From positions 11,733-75,732 of the forward strand of contig JAFGWM010000085.1 in the NCBI GenBank assembly GCA_016937155.1: a DNA stretch of 64,000 bases, in the 5' to 3' direction. Origin of the DNA: Deltaproteobacteria bacterium (GTDB lineage Bacteria; Myxococcota_A; Polyangia; HGW-17). Both the position numbers and the translations under genes were made by a program. The notes under the pieces are model-generated. The model saw only the letters and a list, made by a program, of their open reading frames with translations. It searched no databases and had not been told where the DNA came from. Below, in pieces: positions 27,316 through 36,101 of this stretch. Each line of letters opens with the position of its first letter. Position 1 is the first letter of the stretch.

Positions 27316-29682
27316 CTAACGGATAAGTTTTTCTGCCATTTTCCTGAATGGATGAAACCCCGGTATTTTTTTGAGTTCACTAATTATAAGCGGATTGTTC
27401 TTATCTGCTTTTTCACAGATTGTTAGCTGCATTATCCTGAAATATGCAGCACCTTCCTTGTTGCTTTTCCTTATTTCGCCAATTTGTTTTGTTGCATTTT
27501 TACAACGATTTACAAACTCTTCAGACTTTGGATTCATCAAGCGGATATTCAGCATCGCTGTCAGATATTCAGGGAGAAAATCGTCATCCTTAAACCCTTG
27601 TTTTTGAAGCTTTTCCAGAATTCCCCAGGCTGCAGTATCTCCCATGAGGTTAAGGGCGCGTGCTCTTATATATTCAAAATTATCTGATACTGTTTTTACC
27701 AGTTCAGTGTTTTTGAGCATCTCATCGGAAATGGACTTAATAATCTGAACCTGTCCAAAATCATATAAAAGGCGAGCAAGTTCGAGGGATGCATCATAAT
27801 CATTTTTAAAGAATTTCTGCCATTTACTCTTTGCATCCTGAAATTTACCCCTGTGAACATCAATGAGTGCAAATACCTTTTGAAGCTCCACATCTGATTT
27901 TTCACCATCATAAAGAGGAAGTATTCTGTTGACTATCTGCTCACTTGCTCCTGGAAGAAGTCTTATTTTCATAAGAGCATTTCTAACCCTGAAATATTTT
28001 GATGTTCCTTCATCCTTTACATTTGCAAGTAACTTTTCACTCTGGCCAAGGGCAAGCTCAGAATCCTGTTCGGGATTATGAGGACCAGTAAGCAACTTGA
28101 GTAAAAGCAGTCTGTCATCATACAGTGCTTCAACACTGGGACATACAGTTCCTCTGGTTTTCTTTTTCACACCCAGAAAACAAAGTTTCCTGAGATTCCT
28201 CAATGCTTTACTATATTTCCCCGCAAGAATCGCCGTTTTTGCGGCCATTCTTAAATATGAGGCACTCTGTGGATACGAAGCACCTGAGACAAGTTTCCAT
28301 GCAGATGCAATCAGATTGCTGCAACTGTTTTTAAACTGACCACATTTGAGAAAACTGTTTATGAGTATTTTGGTATTCACCATTCGGTCATATACAAGAA
28401 CAGACGAAGTCCCAGGTGTTGAAGAAACATTCTTATCTTCTATGCATAATCTGAAGTTCCAGGCGGAACTGAAAATTCCTGAAAAAGAATTCTTTTGAGA
28501 TTTTAACAAAGTACTCCATGGACTGGTGGGAGCAGCTTTAGCAGCTTCACTGAACTTTCCTGAAAACCAGAGATATTTAGCAAGATATTCCTTTTCAACA
28601 GCTCCATATTCTCCAAGAATTTTCAGGGATTTTTCAGGATTTCCTTCTATAAACGCCTCCTCAGTTCTGATAAGACGCATCATACGGTAATCTCTCCTGA
28701 GTTTTCCAAGCTTTTCCATAACAGGAAGGACTTTTTCTTTTTTCCCCTTCCTGATCATTTCCATAGCATAACCGGTAAAAATGAACCCAAGATTAGAATC
28801 CCCCGGCTCCCATATTGTTTTGTCAGGTAAAACACCATTGGCAGCAAGTGCATAAGACGCAATCTCTCGAAGATTTGGGGATCTGTGTTTCAGCAGAACA
28901 CTTATTTTTTGTTTATCACAACTGTTATAAAGAAGACACTTTAAAGGTTCATAGAACAATGATTTTTCAGAAATTTTTTCAATTACCCTAAAAAACTCCA
29001 GAGCGGTTTTCTTATCCTGATACTCCAATGACAGGAAAATTCCCTCACGGGCTGCCTGAGGAATATGTTTTATACTCTTGAGAATATCCAGAGCAGCAGC
29101 ATGTTTTCCAACATGTGTTAATGCTCGTGCTTTTAAAAGTTTAAGCCATGGATTATCCGGGAAAAAACCAAGATAGCGGTTTGAAAGAAAATATACATCC
29201 CGGTATTCACTAAGGCCAGAACTGAAGGCAAGACGCATAATGCCCGAGGCTGCATTCCATACTGCTTCATTTTCAGAAGTAAGCACACCTTCTCCCTTTT
29301 CGGATATCAGTGAAACTCCTAAATTTCTGTATTTTTCAAAAAGCCCCCTCTTCAACTGATATTCATAAGCAATACTACTCTCAAGCATTGCAAACCACGC
29401 CCATAATTCAAGCTTGTTGTGACTGTATTTTGCTGCCTGATCAAAAAACTCCCAGGATTTCAGATAGGAGGCCAGAGTCCCTTTTTTGAAAAGTTCCCTG
29501 CCCATCTTAAAATTCTTAAGATACAACTGACGATCACTTTTTTTCTTCCCTGATACAGTAAAGTGGGTATAACCAAGAAAAGCCAGACCAAAAGCCCAGA
29601 TGATAATCATCAGTATTATATGAGTATTTTTTCCTCTAAGCTTCACATCATACCTCCACCGGCTTGAAATGACCAATATCAT
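27316..29682 (-). CDS. membrane-anchored TPR-like repeat protein
   Basis: N-terminal TM helix, long helical-repeat region. The start may be the internal Met (MIIIWAFG), which would remove the 35-nt overlap. Confidence 0.65.
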   Translation of the reverse strand: MILVISSRWRYDVKLRGKNTHIILMIIIWAFGLAFLGYTHFTVSGKKKSDRQLYLKNFKMGRELFKKGTLASYLKSWEFFDQAAKYSHNKLELWAWFAMLESSIAYEYQLKRGLFEKYRNLGVSLISEKGEGVLTSENEAVWNAASGIMRLAFSSGLSEYRDVYFLSNRYLGFFPDNPWLKLLKARALTHVGKHAAALDILKSIKHIPQAAREGIFLSLEYQDKKTALEFFRVIEKISEKSLFYEPLKCLLYNSCDKQKISVLLKHRSPNLREIASYALAANGVLPDKTIWEPGDSNLGFIFTGYAMEMIRKGKKEKVLPVMEKLGKLRRDYRMMRLIRTEEAFIEGNPEKSLKILGEYGAVEKEYLAKYLWFSGKFSEAAKAAPTSPWSTLLKSQKNSFSGIFSSAWNFRLCIEDKNVSSTPGTSSVLVYDRMVNTKILINSFLKCGQFKNSCSNLIASAWKLVSGASYPQSASYLRMAAKTAILAGKYSKALRNLRKLCFLGVKKKTRGTVCPSVEALYDDRLLLLKLLTGPHNPEQDSELALGQSEKLLANVKDEGTSKYFRVRNALMKIRLLPGASEQIVNRILPLYDGEKSDVELQKVFALIDVHRGKFQDAKSKWQKFFKNDYDASLELARLLYDFGQVQIIKSISDEMLKNTELVKTVSDNFEYIRARALNLMGDTAAWGILEKLQKQGFKDDDFLPEYLTAMLNIRLMNPKSEEFVNRCKNATKQIGEIRKSNKEGAAYFRIMQLTICEKADKNNPLIISELKKIPGFHPFRKMAEKLIR

Positions 29683-30526
29683 TTTTCCATTCCACTACCC
29701 ATGTTTTGATAAACTTTCCACCAGAAAACCTCAGGAGTCTGATTCTCGCACCATTACCCGGTTTAGAAAAATTATCCAGAATCGCACAGCCTGTTCCAAA
29801 AACAGGAATTCTTATCCCCATTGGTCCTTCAACACTCCCTGACATATCAAAATGTTCATGACCGTGTAAAATTATATCAACTCCCCATTTGCAGATTATC
29901 TCACGAAGACGGGTACCATCAATAAGACCGTCATGCCATGAATCAGGGCCTCTGTATGGAGGATGATGCAGAACCAGAATATTTGATTCACCTGAATGTT
30001 TTTCCAGTATTTGTTCCAGATCTGAAAGCTGCTTTTCCCCTATTTTACCCCATGCTATTCCTGGAGGGGAAGGGACAGCTGATGACAAACCAATCACGTT
30101 GATTCCATCTATATTTTTTTCAATCGGGTAATCCTGAGGCCCTGTTGCATTAGCCCATTTTCCAAGACCTCTCCAGAAATTCCGGTTTTTCTCCGCAGAT
30201 TTTAAATACACATCGTGATTACCTGGAACTATTGTCACCTGTTCAGGAGAAAAATCGCTTTCATCAAGAAAGCTGGAAATACCTTCATATTCTTCAATAA
30301 AAGCAAGATTGCCGAGATCTCCGGAAATAACAATATGGCTGGCCCCTAGCCTGCTGATGTTGGAAAGACTTTCCTTCAGCAGATGTTTTCTGAAGCGTCT
30401 TCCGGAATTGGCAATGAGATTAAATGCTCCGGATATTCTTTTAGTAAAAAGATCCCCCACCTCAAATGAACTCATGGATGGAAAATGAATATCGGTTATA
30501 TGAGCAATTAAAACATCGGTGGACAT
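29648..30526 (-). CDS. calcineurin-like metallophosphoesterase
   Basis: DIHF, GDLGN, GNHD, LHHPP, GHEH motifs. The likely start is MSTDVLIAHITD in a TAATG overlap with the upstream stop. Confidence 0.8.
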   Translation of the reverse strand: MSTDVLIAHITDIHFPSMSSFEVGDLFTKRISGAFNLIANSGRRFRKHLLKESLSNISRLGASHIVISGDLGNLAFIEEYEGISSFLDESDFSPEQVTIVPGNHDVYLKSAEKNRNFWRGLGKWANATGPQDYPIEKNIDGINVIGLSSAVPSPPGIAWGKIGEKQLSDLEQILEKHSGESNILVLHHPPYRGPDSWHDGLIDGTRLREIICKWGVDIILHGHEHFDMSGSVEGPMGIRIPVFGTGCAILDNFSKPGNGARIRLLRFSGGKFIKTWVVEWKNDIGHFKPVEV

Positions 30527-31341
30527 TAGTTCCCTCCATCTCCGGAAAGTTTTTCCCTCCATAAATCCACAGCTTCTTTATACAGTTTCATTTCATCACG
30601 GGACAGTACGATCCATCCGAGAAAAATATAAACAGACATGAATAACAACAATGTGTCCCAAAACCAGGTTCTGAAAAAAAGACCCTGAACTATTGAAACA
30701 GCATATGCTGCTGTAACAATAAAAACTACCCATGGCTGCAGTTTTCGACCATGATGGGAGACAAATGGAAAGTCAGTGAGAAGACCATAACTTACTCCGA
30801 TAATCAGACCTAATCCCCACAAATGTGGTGAGGGTAAAACAGAGATAATCTTTCCATTCAAAAATGCAAAAATAACCATTGTGGCAATAGGCCTAGGAAG
30901 ACCTTTCCAGCAAAAGGGAAAACTGAAAGGAACAGCAGTATTCCTGGCATGCCTTATACTTCCTGCAGCAATAATCAAAAATGCAAGACCACAACTCAGA
31001 TAGATGTTGTAATTATAAAAATGTGCAGCAACAATCACCGCAGGTGCAATACACTGAGCAAGATGATCGGTAATTGTATCAAAATCACTCCCGAACTTGT
31101 TAGAATGTCCGGTAAGTCTTGCCACTGCACCGTCAAGACTATCCCCAAGAATAAATCCGAGTAGAACTGCATAGGATGCATCTACAGTCCGCCCTTGCAT
31201 GGCAAGTATAATACCAGCAACCCCCCCCAGAAGATTAACCAGAGTAAATACATCCTTTAACCCAAAGCCCTTTCCAATCAATCTGGAAAGAAATCTGTCA
31301 GGAGGCTTTAAAATAGATGAGAAAACATTAGAAATTTTCAT
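30526..31341 (-). CDS. CDP-alcohol phosphatidyltransferase family protein
   Basis: Exact signature DGAVARLTGHSNKFGSDFDTITD (D-G-x2-A-R-x8-G-x3-D-x3-D); 6-8 TM helices. Confidence 0.8.
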   Translation of the reverse strand: MKISNVFSSILKPPDRFLSRLIGKGFGLKDVFTLVNLLGGVAGIILAMQGRTVDASYAVLLGFILGDSLDGAVARLTGHSNKFGSDFDTITDHLAQCIAPAVIVAAHFYNYNIYLSCGLAFLIIAAGSIRHARNTAVPFSFPFCWKGLPRPIATMVIFAFLNGKIISVLPSPHLWGLGLIIGVSYGLLTDFPFVSHHGRKLQPWVVFIVTAAYAVSIVQGLFFRTWFWDTLLLFMSVYIFLGWIVLSRDEMKLYKEAVDLWREKLSGDGGN

Positions 31342-32162
31342 TTGTATAAGGCGATGGAGGCATACCCCACAACACTGCTCTTGTCACCACTGGAATCTGC
31401 ACTTGTTGAATAATCAAGAAGTACAGTTTCAGAGGTGGTCTTTCGCTGTGCATATTCAAGCAAAGCACATGCCGGCATATATCCACACATGGAAATACCT
31501 TTTTCTTTTACCAGATTATAAAGACCCCTGGGATCTACTCTCAACATTCTCTCTATTGCGAGATTATCAAGCCTTCTAGCCTCATCATCTTCTTTGAAAT
31601 GAGTCATATCGGATGATGCTATAACAAGAATCCGTTTTCCACTCTCTTTAGCAGCACTATATAATGCCTCACCAAGGGCATGACTCAAATCGAAAGAATC
31701 CAGCCCAATGCAGACCGGAACAATACTTGCCTTTGGGAAAAATGTCTGGATAAAGGGAAGTTGAACTTCGATACTGTGCTCAAGAGAATGAGCCTGACTT
31801 TCCACTTTGCCAAGAGAACCTAAATGCTTTAAAAGCATGCTTCTGAATACAGTATCGACATCTACAACTCCCAGTGGAGTTTTCCAGCCATCATTTGCAT
31901 CCAGAGAAAGAGCGTGACCATACCCTGTATGATTGGGTCCCATTATCACGATGACATCATAAACAGTGTTCACACTTCCAAAAAAAGCTCCGGTGGTATG
32001 TCCACTGTATGCATAACCGGCATGAGGTAAAACAGCGCCCAGAGGTATATTTTTTATTTTTTCCACACTTTCAGTGTACCTTTGGATCTCCTGCTGTAGA
32101 ACAGCAGCAGTAGATGGATAAAAATAGCCGGAGACTGCCGGCATTCGAATACTGGAAGACAT
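31338..32162 (-). CDS. MEMO1-family protein (AmmeMemoRadiSam system protein B)
   Basis: MPAVSGYFYP, PHAGYAYSG and GPNHTG motifs; ATGA overlap with the downstream gene. Confidence 0.8.
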   Translation of the reverse strand: MSSSIRMPAVSGYFYPSTAAVLQQEIQRYTESVEKIKNIPLGAVLPHAGYAYSGHTTGAFFGSVNTVYDVIVIMGPNHTGYGHALSLDANDGWKTPLGVVDVDTVFRSMLLKHLGSLGKVESQAHSLEHSIEVQLPFIQTFFPKASIVPVCIGLDSFDLSHALGEALYSAAKESGKRILVIASSDMTHFKEDDEARRLDNLAIERMLRVDPRGLYNLVKEKGISMCGYMPACALLEYAQRKTTSETVLLDYSTSADSSGDKSSVVGYASIALYK

Positions 32163-33922
32163 TACAACCTCCTGTCACCGGAAATCTTTTCCCGGTGAAC
32201 AAAGCCCTCAGTGGCATTAAGAATTATTTCATCTCCATCACTAAGCAAACTGGAGATGTTCTCAATACTGCATATTGAGGGTATTCCAAGTTCCCTGGCC
32301 AATATGGCCCCATGAGAAAGGGGAGTTCCGGTTTCAATTACAAGACCAGCACACCCGGTAATGAAAACAATATCCTGAGGAGCAAGTGCAAAAGCAACGA
32401 GAATTGCTCCCCCGGTACCCTTCTTTCCAGGAGTATATTTTTCGATACGACCCCTGACCATTCCAGGCACCACAGTTTTACCATGATAAACATCATCATA
32501 AAACTTAATTCTAGTGTAACGGGCAGTTCCCCCAATAAAAGTATCAGGGGGAATACAGTCTGCTTTCCGCTGAATACCCTTAAGCGGGATCAGAACATCT
32601 GTAACACCATCAGGAATTATTGAAAATACTGTTTTATGCGGAAGTGTAAAAACATCATCCACATTCTGAAAAACACCTTCGTTTTTCAAGTAGTTTGCTC
32701 TGTCCAACACTTTGCTTCTAAGCCTGTACATTCTTATGGCAAAATCAATGTCATCCATTTCTGAATGTGAAATTTCGGAACATTCTACAAGTGGATTATA
32801 AGTACTGACAAAATCATAAAGAAGCTGCCTGTTGTCACGAAGAACAGGAGAAGCTATATCCCACCTTAACGGCAGTAATGAAACATCAGATTTCATCAAC
32901 TCATCAACCAGATCATTATCACAGGCAATTTCTTTTTTCTCACGAAGTCTGTTGACTGTGGCAGCAATCACATTCGTTCCACCTGCAGGGGCGGATCCAC
33001 TTTTTGTCATATACTCTTTTGCAAATTCACAAAACTCGTATACAGAAGATTCCACACCTGAAAGGCCGGGTTCATTTTCCGAAGAATTAATAGATTTTTC
33101 GATAGATCCAGTTTCAGAATAGTAAATAAATCCAAAGTAAGTTGAAATTCCTGTAAATCCCAGATGATTTATAGTTTCGATAAGTGATTCATGAAAAAAG
33201 CTCACAGGTTCAGGATTATATTTTTTATCTCTGTTCCAGAGCCCCTTTTGCATCGGTGCCTTTAAAAAGCCTTTGAGCGGTCTAGCCTGAAGAATTATTA
33301 TCTTGTCATTGGAATCCACTCCAAATTCAACATCAATTTCGGAAAAAGATGTGATATCTGAAATTTTTTTCACAGATTTTTTTAAATCTGACATTATATT
33401 TTCTGAAAGATTCTGTTTTAATTCCAAATCATTGCCAGTTGTGACAGAATCCCCTTTCCCACACTCCACCTGAAACACCTCAGTGTCGGATGAATAAAAA
33501 ACAACCCCGGTTACCTTAAAATCAACCCACGGTTGAACCAGTATTTTTTTGAGTCCTGATTCTTCACCGGTAATCAGAGTGTAGTACAAGGACTCCGGGG
33601 TTTCTGACAGAACCTTTTTCACAGAGTCTGAAAATTCTGGTTCTGTAAAAACTGGTCCTGATGAAAAAAAGCAACCGGCAAAGCTGTGTTCTTTTGAGTC
33701 CTCATTTTCATTCCAGGAACGAATGATCAACGGAAGCTGCATGTGCTGGCATAAAAATATCCATACTTCATTCAGAACAGTTTCAGTAATTTCAGTATCT
33801 GAAAAGTCCAAAGAATAACCATCAAATACAGGAATGCCATTCTCCCTCAGAAGAGCCAGAACAGCACCTTTTCCCCTGCTGCTTTTCCATTGAGTCATCT
33901 CTGAAATTACCTGATGTGACAT
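32162..33922 (-). CDS. PEP-utilizing-enzyme family dikinase-like protein (PPDK-type ATP-grasp N-domain plus swivel phospho-His domain, no PEP/pyruvate TIM-barrel domain)
   Basis: C-terminal mobile domain GTPLSHGAILARELGIPS with catalytic His; the architecture resembles the X,water-dikinase/rifampicin-phosphotransferase type. TAATG overlap with MEMO. Confidence 0.75.
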   Translation of the reverse strand: MSHQVISEMTQWKSSRGKGAVLALLRENGIPVFDGYSLDFSDTEITETVLNEVWIFLCQHMQLPLIIRSWNENEDSKEHSFAGCFFSSGPVFTEPEFSDSVKKVLSETPESLYYTLITGEESGLKKILVQPWVDFKVTGVVFYSSDTEVFQVECGKGDSVTTGNDLELKQNLSENIMSDLKKSVKKISDITSFSEIDVEFGVDSNDKIIILQARPLKGFLKAPMQKGLWNRDKKYNPEPVSFFHESLIETINHLGFTGISTYFGFIYYSETGSIEKSINSSENEPGLSGVESSVYEFCEFAKEYMTKSGSAPAGGTNVIAATVNRLREKKEIACDNDLVDELMKSDVSLLPLRWDIASPVLRDNRQLLYDFVSTYNPLVECSEISHSEMDDIDFAIRMYRLRSKVLDRANYLKNEGVFQNVDDVFTLPHKTVFSIIPDGVTDVLIPLKGIQRKADCIPPDTFIGGTARYTRIKFYDDVYHGKTVVPGMVRGRIEKYTPGKKGTGGAILVAFALAPQDIVFITGCAGLVIETGTPLSHGAILARELGIPSICSIENISSLLSDGDEIILNATEGFVHREKISGDRRL

Positions 33923-33926
33923 TTCT

Positions 33927-34355
33927 TCATGCAGAGATATTCTGTGCTACTTTATGCAGAATACCATTCACAAACCTTGCAGTCTTACCACTACCATAAC
34001 CCTTACCCAACTCCACGGATTCATTGATGATAACAGCCACAGGAACCTCCCCGGTCATTAGCTCAGTAATACCGATGCGGATAAGAGCCAAATCAACCCT
34101 ATCCATTCTGCTAAGTTTCCAGTTTTGACTAACATTTTCAATAATATCATCAATATGCTCTTTCTGACTGAAATACTTGTCAAAAAGACCTCTAGAAAAT
34201 TCCGGGTCCTCCCGACCTTCCAGTGAAAAGGAATTGCGTATTGAATCAAGACTTTCAAGGGACAGTTCCATACCACCGGCATCCCAGGCATAAAGCAGCC
34301 CGAGCAACCTCTCACGGCTCACTCTTCTTTTACTTTTTCTCGCCAATTCATTCAC
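33927..34355 (-). CDS. nusB: transcription antitermination factor NusB
   Basis: NusB fold signature (RRVSRERLLGLLYAWD...); position immediately after ribH, as in most bacteria. Confidence 0.8.
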   Translation of the reverse strand: MNELARKSKRRVSRERLLGLLYAWDAGGMELSLESLDSIRNSFSLEGREDPEFSRGLFDKYFSQKEHIDDIIENVSQNWKLSRMDRVDLALIRIGITELMTGEVPVAVIINESVELGKGYGSGKTARFVNGILHKVAQNISA

Positions 34356-34367
34356 CCTGCATTCCAG

Positions 34368-34850
34368 TTACATTTTTTCGTAAAGGCTTATCATTTCAAC
34401 AAGTGTTCTTGCGGCTTCAAAACCCTTATTACCAGCTTTTGCTCCAGCTCTATCAAGAGCCTGTTCCAGAGTGTCTGTTGTCAGAACACCCATAATCACA
34501 GGTATATCTGCAGTTAAACTAAGGTGGGCAATTCCCTTTATTGCTTCAGCACTCACATAATCAAAATGTGGTGTATCACCACGAACGACTGCCCCTATAC
34601 AAATAATGCCATCATAATGAGGCTTAGCCGGATCCTTCTGATTTTCAAGAATCTTTGAAACAGTTGAAGGAATTTCAAAACTACCTGGAACCCGATACAC
34701 GTGAATATGTTCATCCTGCAAACCGCTTCTGACAAGTGCATCCACTGCTCCCTCAAGGAGCTTATCTGTAACCAGAGAGTTAAACCTCGAAACAATCACA
34801 GCTACCAATTGTTCGCTTACGTTAAGGCTACCTTCAAATATTTTCGGCAT
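34368..34850 (-). CDS. ribH: 6,7-dimethyl-8-ribityllumazine synthase
   Basis: VAVIVSRFN...GAVD...VPGSFEIP motifs. Confidence 0.9.
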   Translation of the reverse strand: MPKIFEGSLNVSEQLVAVIVSRFNSLVTDKLLEGAVDALVRSGLQDEHIHVYRVPGSFEIPSTVSKILENQKDPAKPHYDGIICIGAVVRGDTPHFDYVSAEAIKGIAHLSLTADIPVIMGVLTTDTLEQALDRAGAKAGNKGFEAARTLVEMISLYEKM

Positions 34851-34856
34851 AAATCC

Positions 34857-36101
34857 TCACTTTCCTACGCAAAAACGGGAAAAGATATTTCCGTACAAAT
34901 CAAATCCTTCATACCCGAAAAGACCTTCAAGGAAAACAATTAATTTCCCGATATGCAGTGCCCTGACTTCCCAGAGATTCTCACGCTCGATACTTTCCGC
35001 CAAATTACGGATATCAGAAATATCATCAAGAAGTCTGGATGTTACCCAAATTTCAGGGGAATTATGTACGGAATCATTCAGTTTTAAAATTATTTCATTC
35101 AGGAGATCTGATACGCCCTCTCCTGTCAAACCACTGACATTTGTAATTTCTGAATCTTCACTGATTCCAAGATCCGATTTCATATGAACATTTATGATTT
35201 TGGGAGAAGTGATTTTTTCACCACCATTGATAACCAGATCTGCGCTGGAAAAAAGCTTTTTTGTCAGAGCAATTCCCTTGTCTTCAAGTGATTCTGAAGA
35301 CATACGGATACCGGCACTGTCTGTGATTCGAAAAGTCACTCCCCTATAAACACATTCGCCCTCAATGTAATCTCTGGTGGTACCTGGAATATCACTTACT
35401 ATAGCTCTTTCATACCCAAGGATCTGATTAAACAATGTGCTTTTCCCGCAGTTAGGGGGACCATACAAAAGAACACCGGGCACCCTGTGTTTTTCACTGC
35501 TTAAAAGCGCCTGAGCATAAAGAAAATCAATTTCTGACAGCAAGCCAAAAAGTCCATCAGTGGTTCCATCCTCATCAAACTCAATTCCGGACTCAATATC
35601 CACAAGCAGGGTCCTTGCCAGAGTCAGGATTTCTTCAAGCTTCCTGCTTACAGATGAACTACTGCGAATCAGTTTAAGCTCGTCCAGACTGGTTGCTCGA
35701 ATAATGTCATTAATGCTCTCAGCTTTCTCAATTGACATTTTACCATTAATAACAGCTCTGTAGGAAAATTCACCGGGATGAGCCTTTTTAACTCCCTGTT
35801 TCTCGAGAAATGTGCACAGAAGATCATAGATAATATCATTACCGTGAAAAGTTATTTCGAGTATATCTTCACCGGTGTATGATTTCGGCGCCGCAAACCA
35901 TACCAGAACCACATCGTCAACATCCGGAATATGCCTGTATCTGGCACTTCCCTGAGCCATGTCTCTTAATCCTGGAATAGAGTCACCTAGGAGATCTTTC
36001 AAACTGTTTCCGGTAATTCTGATCATACTGAGAGCACTAACTCCTGGAGGAGTTGCTCGAGCATAAACTGGACCGCTATAAAGATTTTCAGGCGTTATCA
36101 T
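34857..36101 (-). CDS. mnmE: tRNA modification GTPase MnmE
   Basis: G-domain GPPNCGKSTLFN, DIPGTTRD; C-terminal C(V)GK. Confidence 0.9.
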   Translation of the reverse strand: MITPENLYSGPVYARATPPGVSALSMIRITGNSLKDLLGDSIPGLRDMAQGSARYRHIPDVDDVVLVWFAAPKSYTGEDILEITFHGNDIIYDLLCTFLEKQGVKKAHPGEFSYRAVINGKMSIEKAESINDIIRATSLDELKLIRSSSSVSRKLEEILTLARTLLVDIESGIEFDEDGTTDGLFGLLSEIDFLYAQALLSSEKHRVPGVLLYGPPNCGKSTLFNQILGYERAIVSDIPGTTRDYIEGECVYRGVTFRITDSAGIRMSSESLEDKGIALTKKLFSSADLVINGGEKITSPKIINVHMKSDLGISEDSEITNVSGLTGEGVSDLLNEIILKLNDSVHNSPEIWVTSRLLDDISDIRNLAESIERENLWEVRALHIGKLIVFLEGLFGYEGFDLYGNIFSRFCVGK

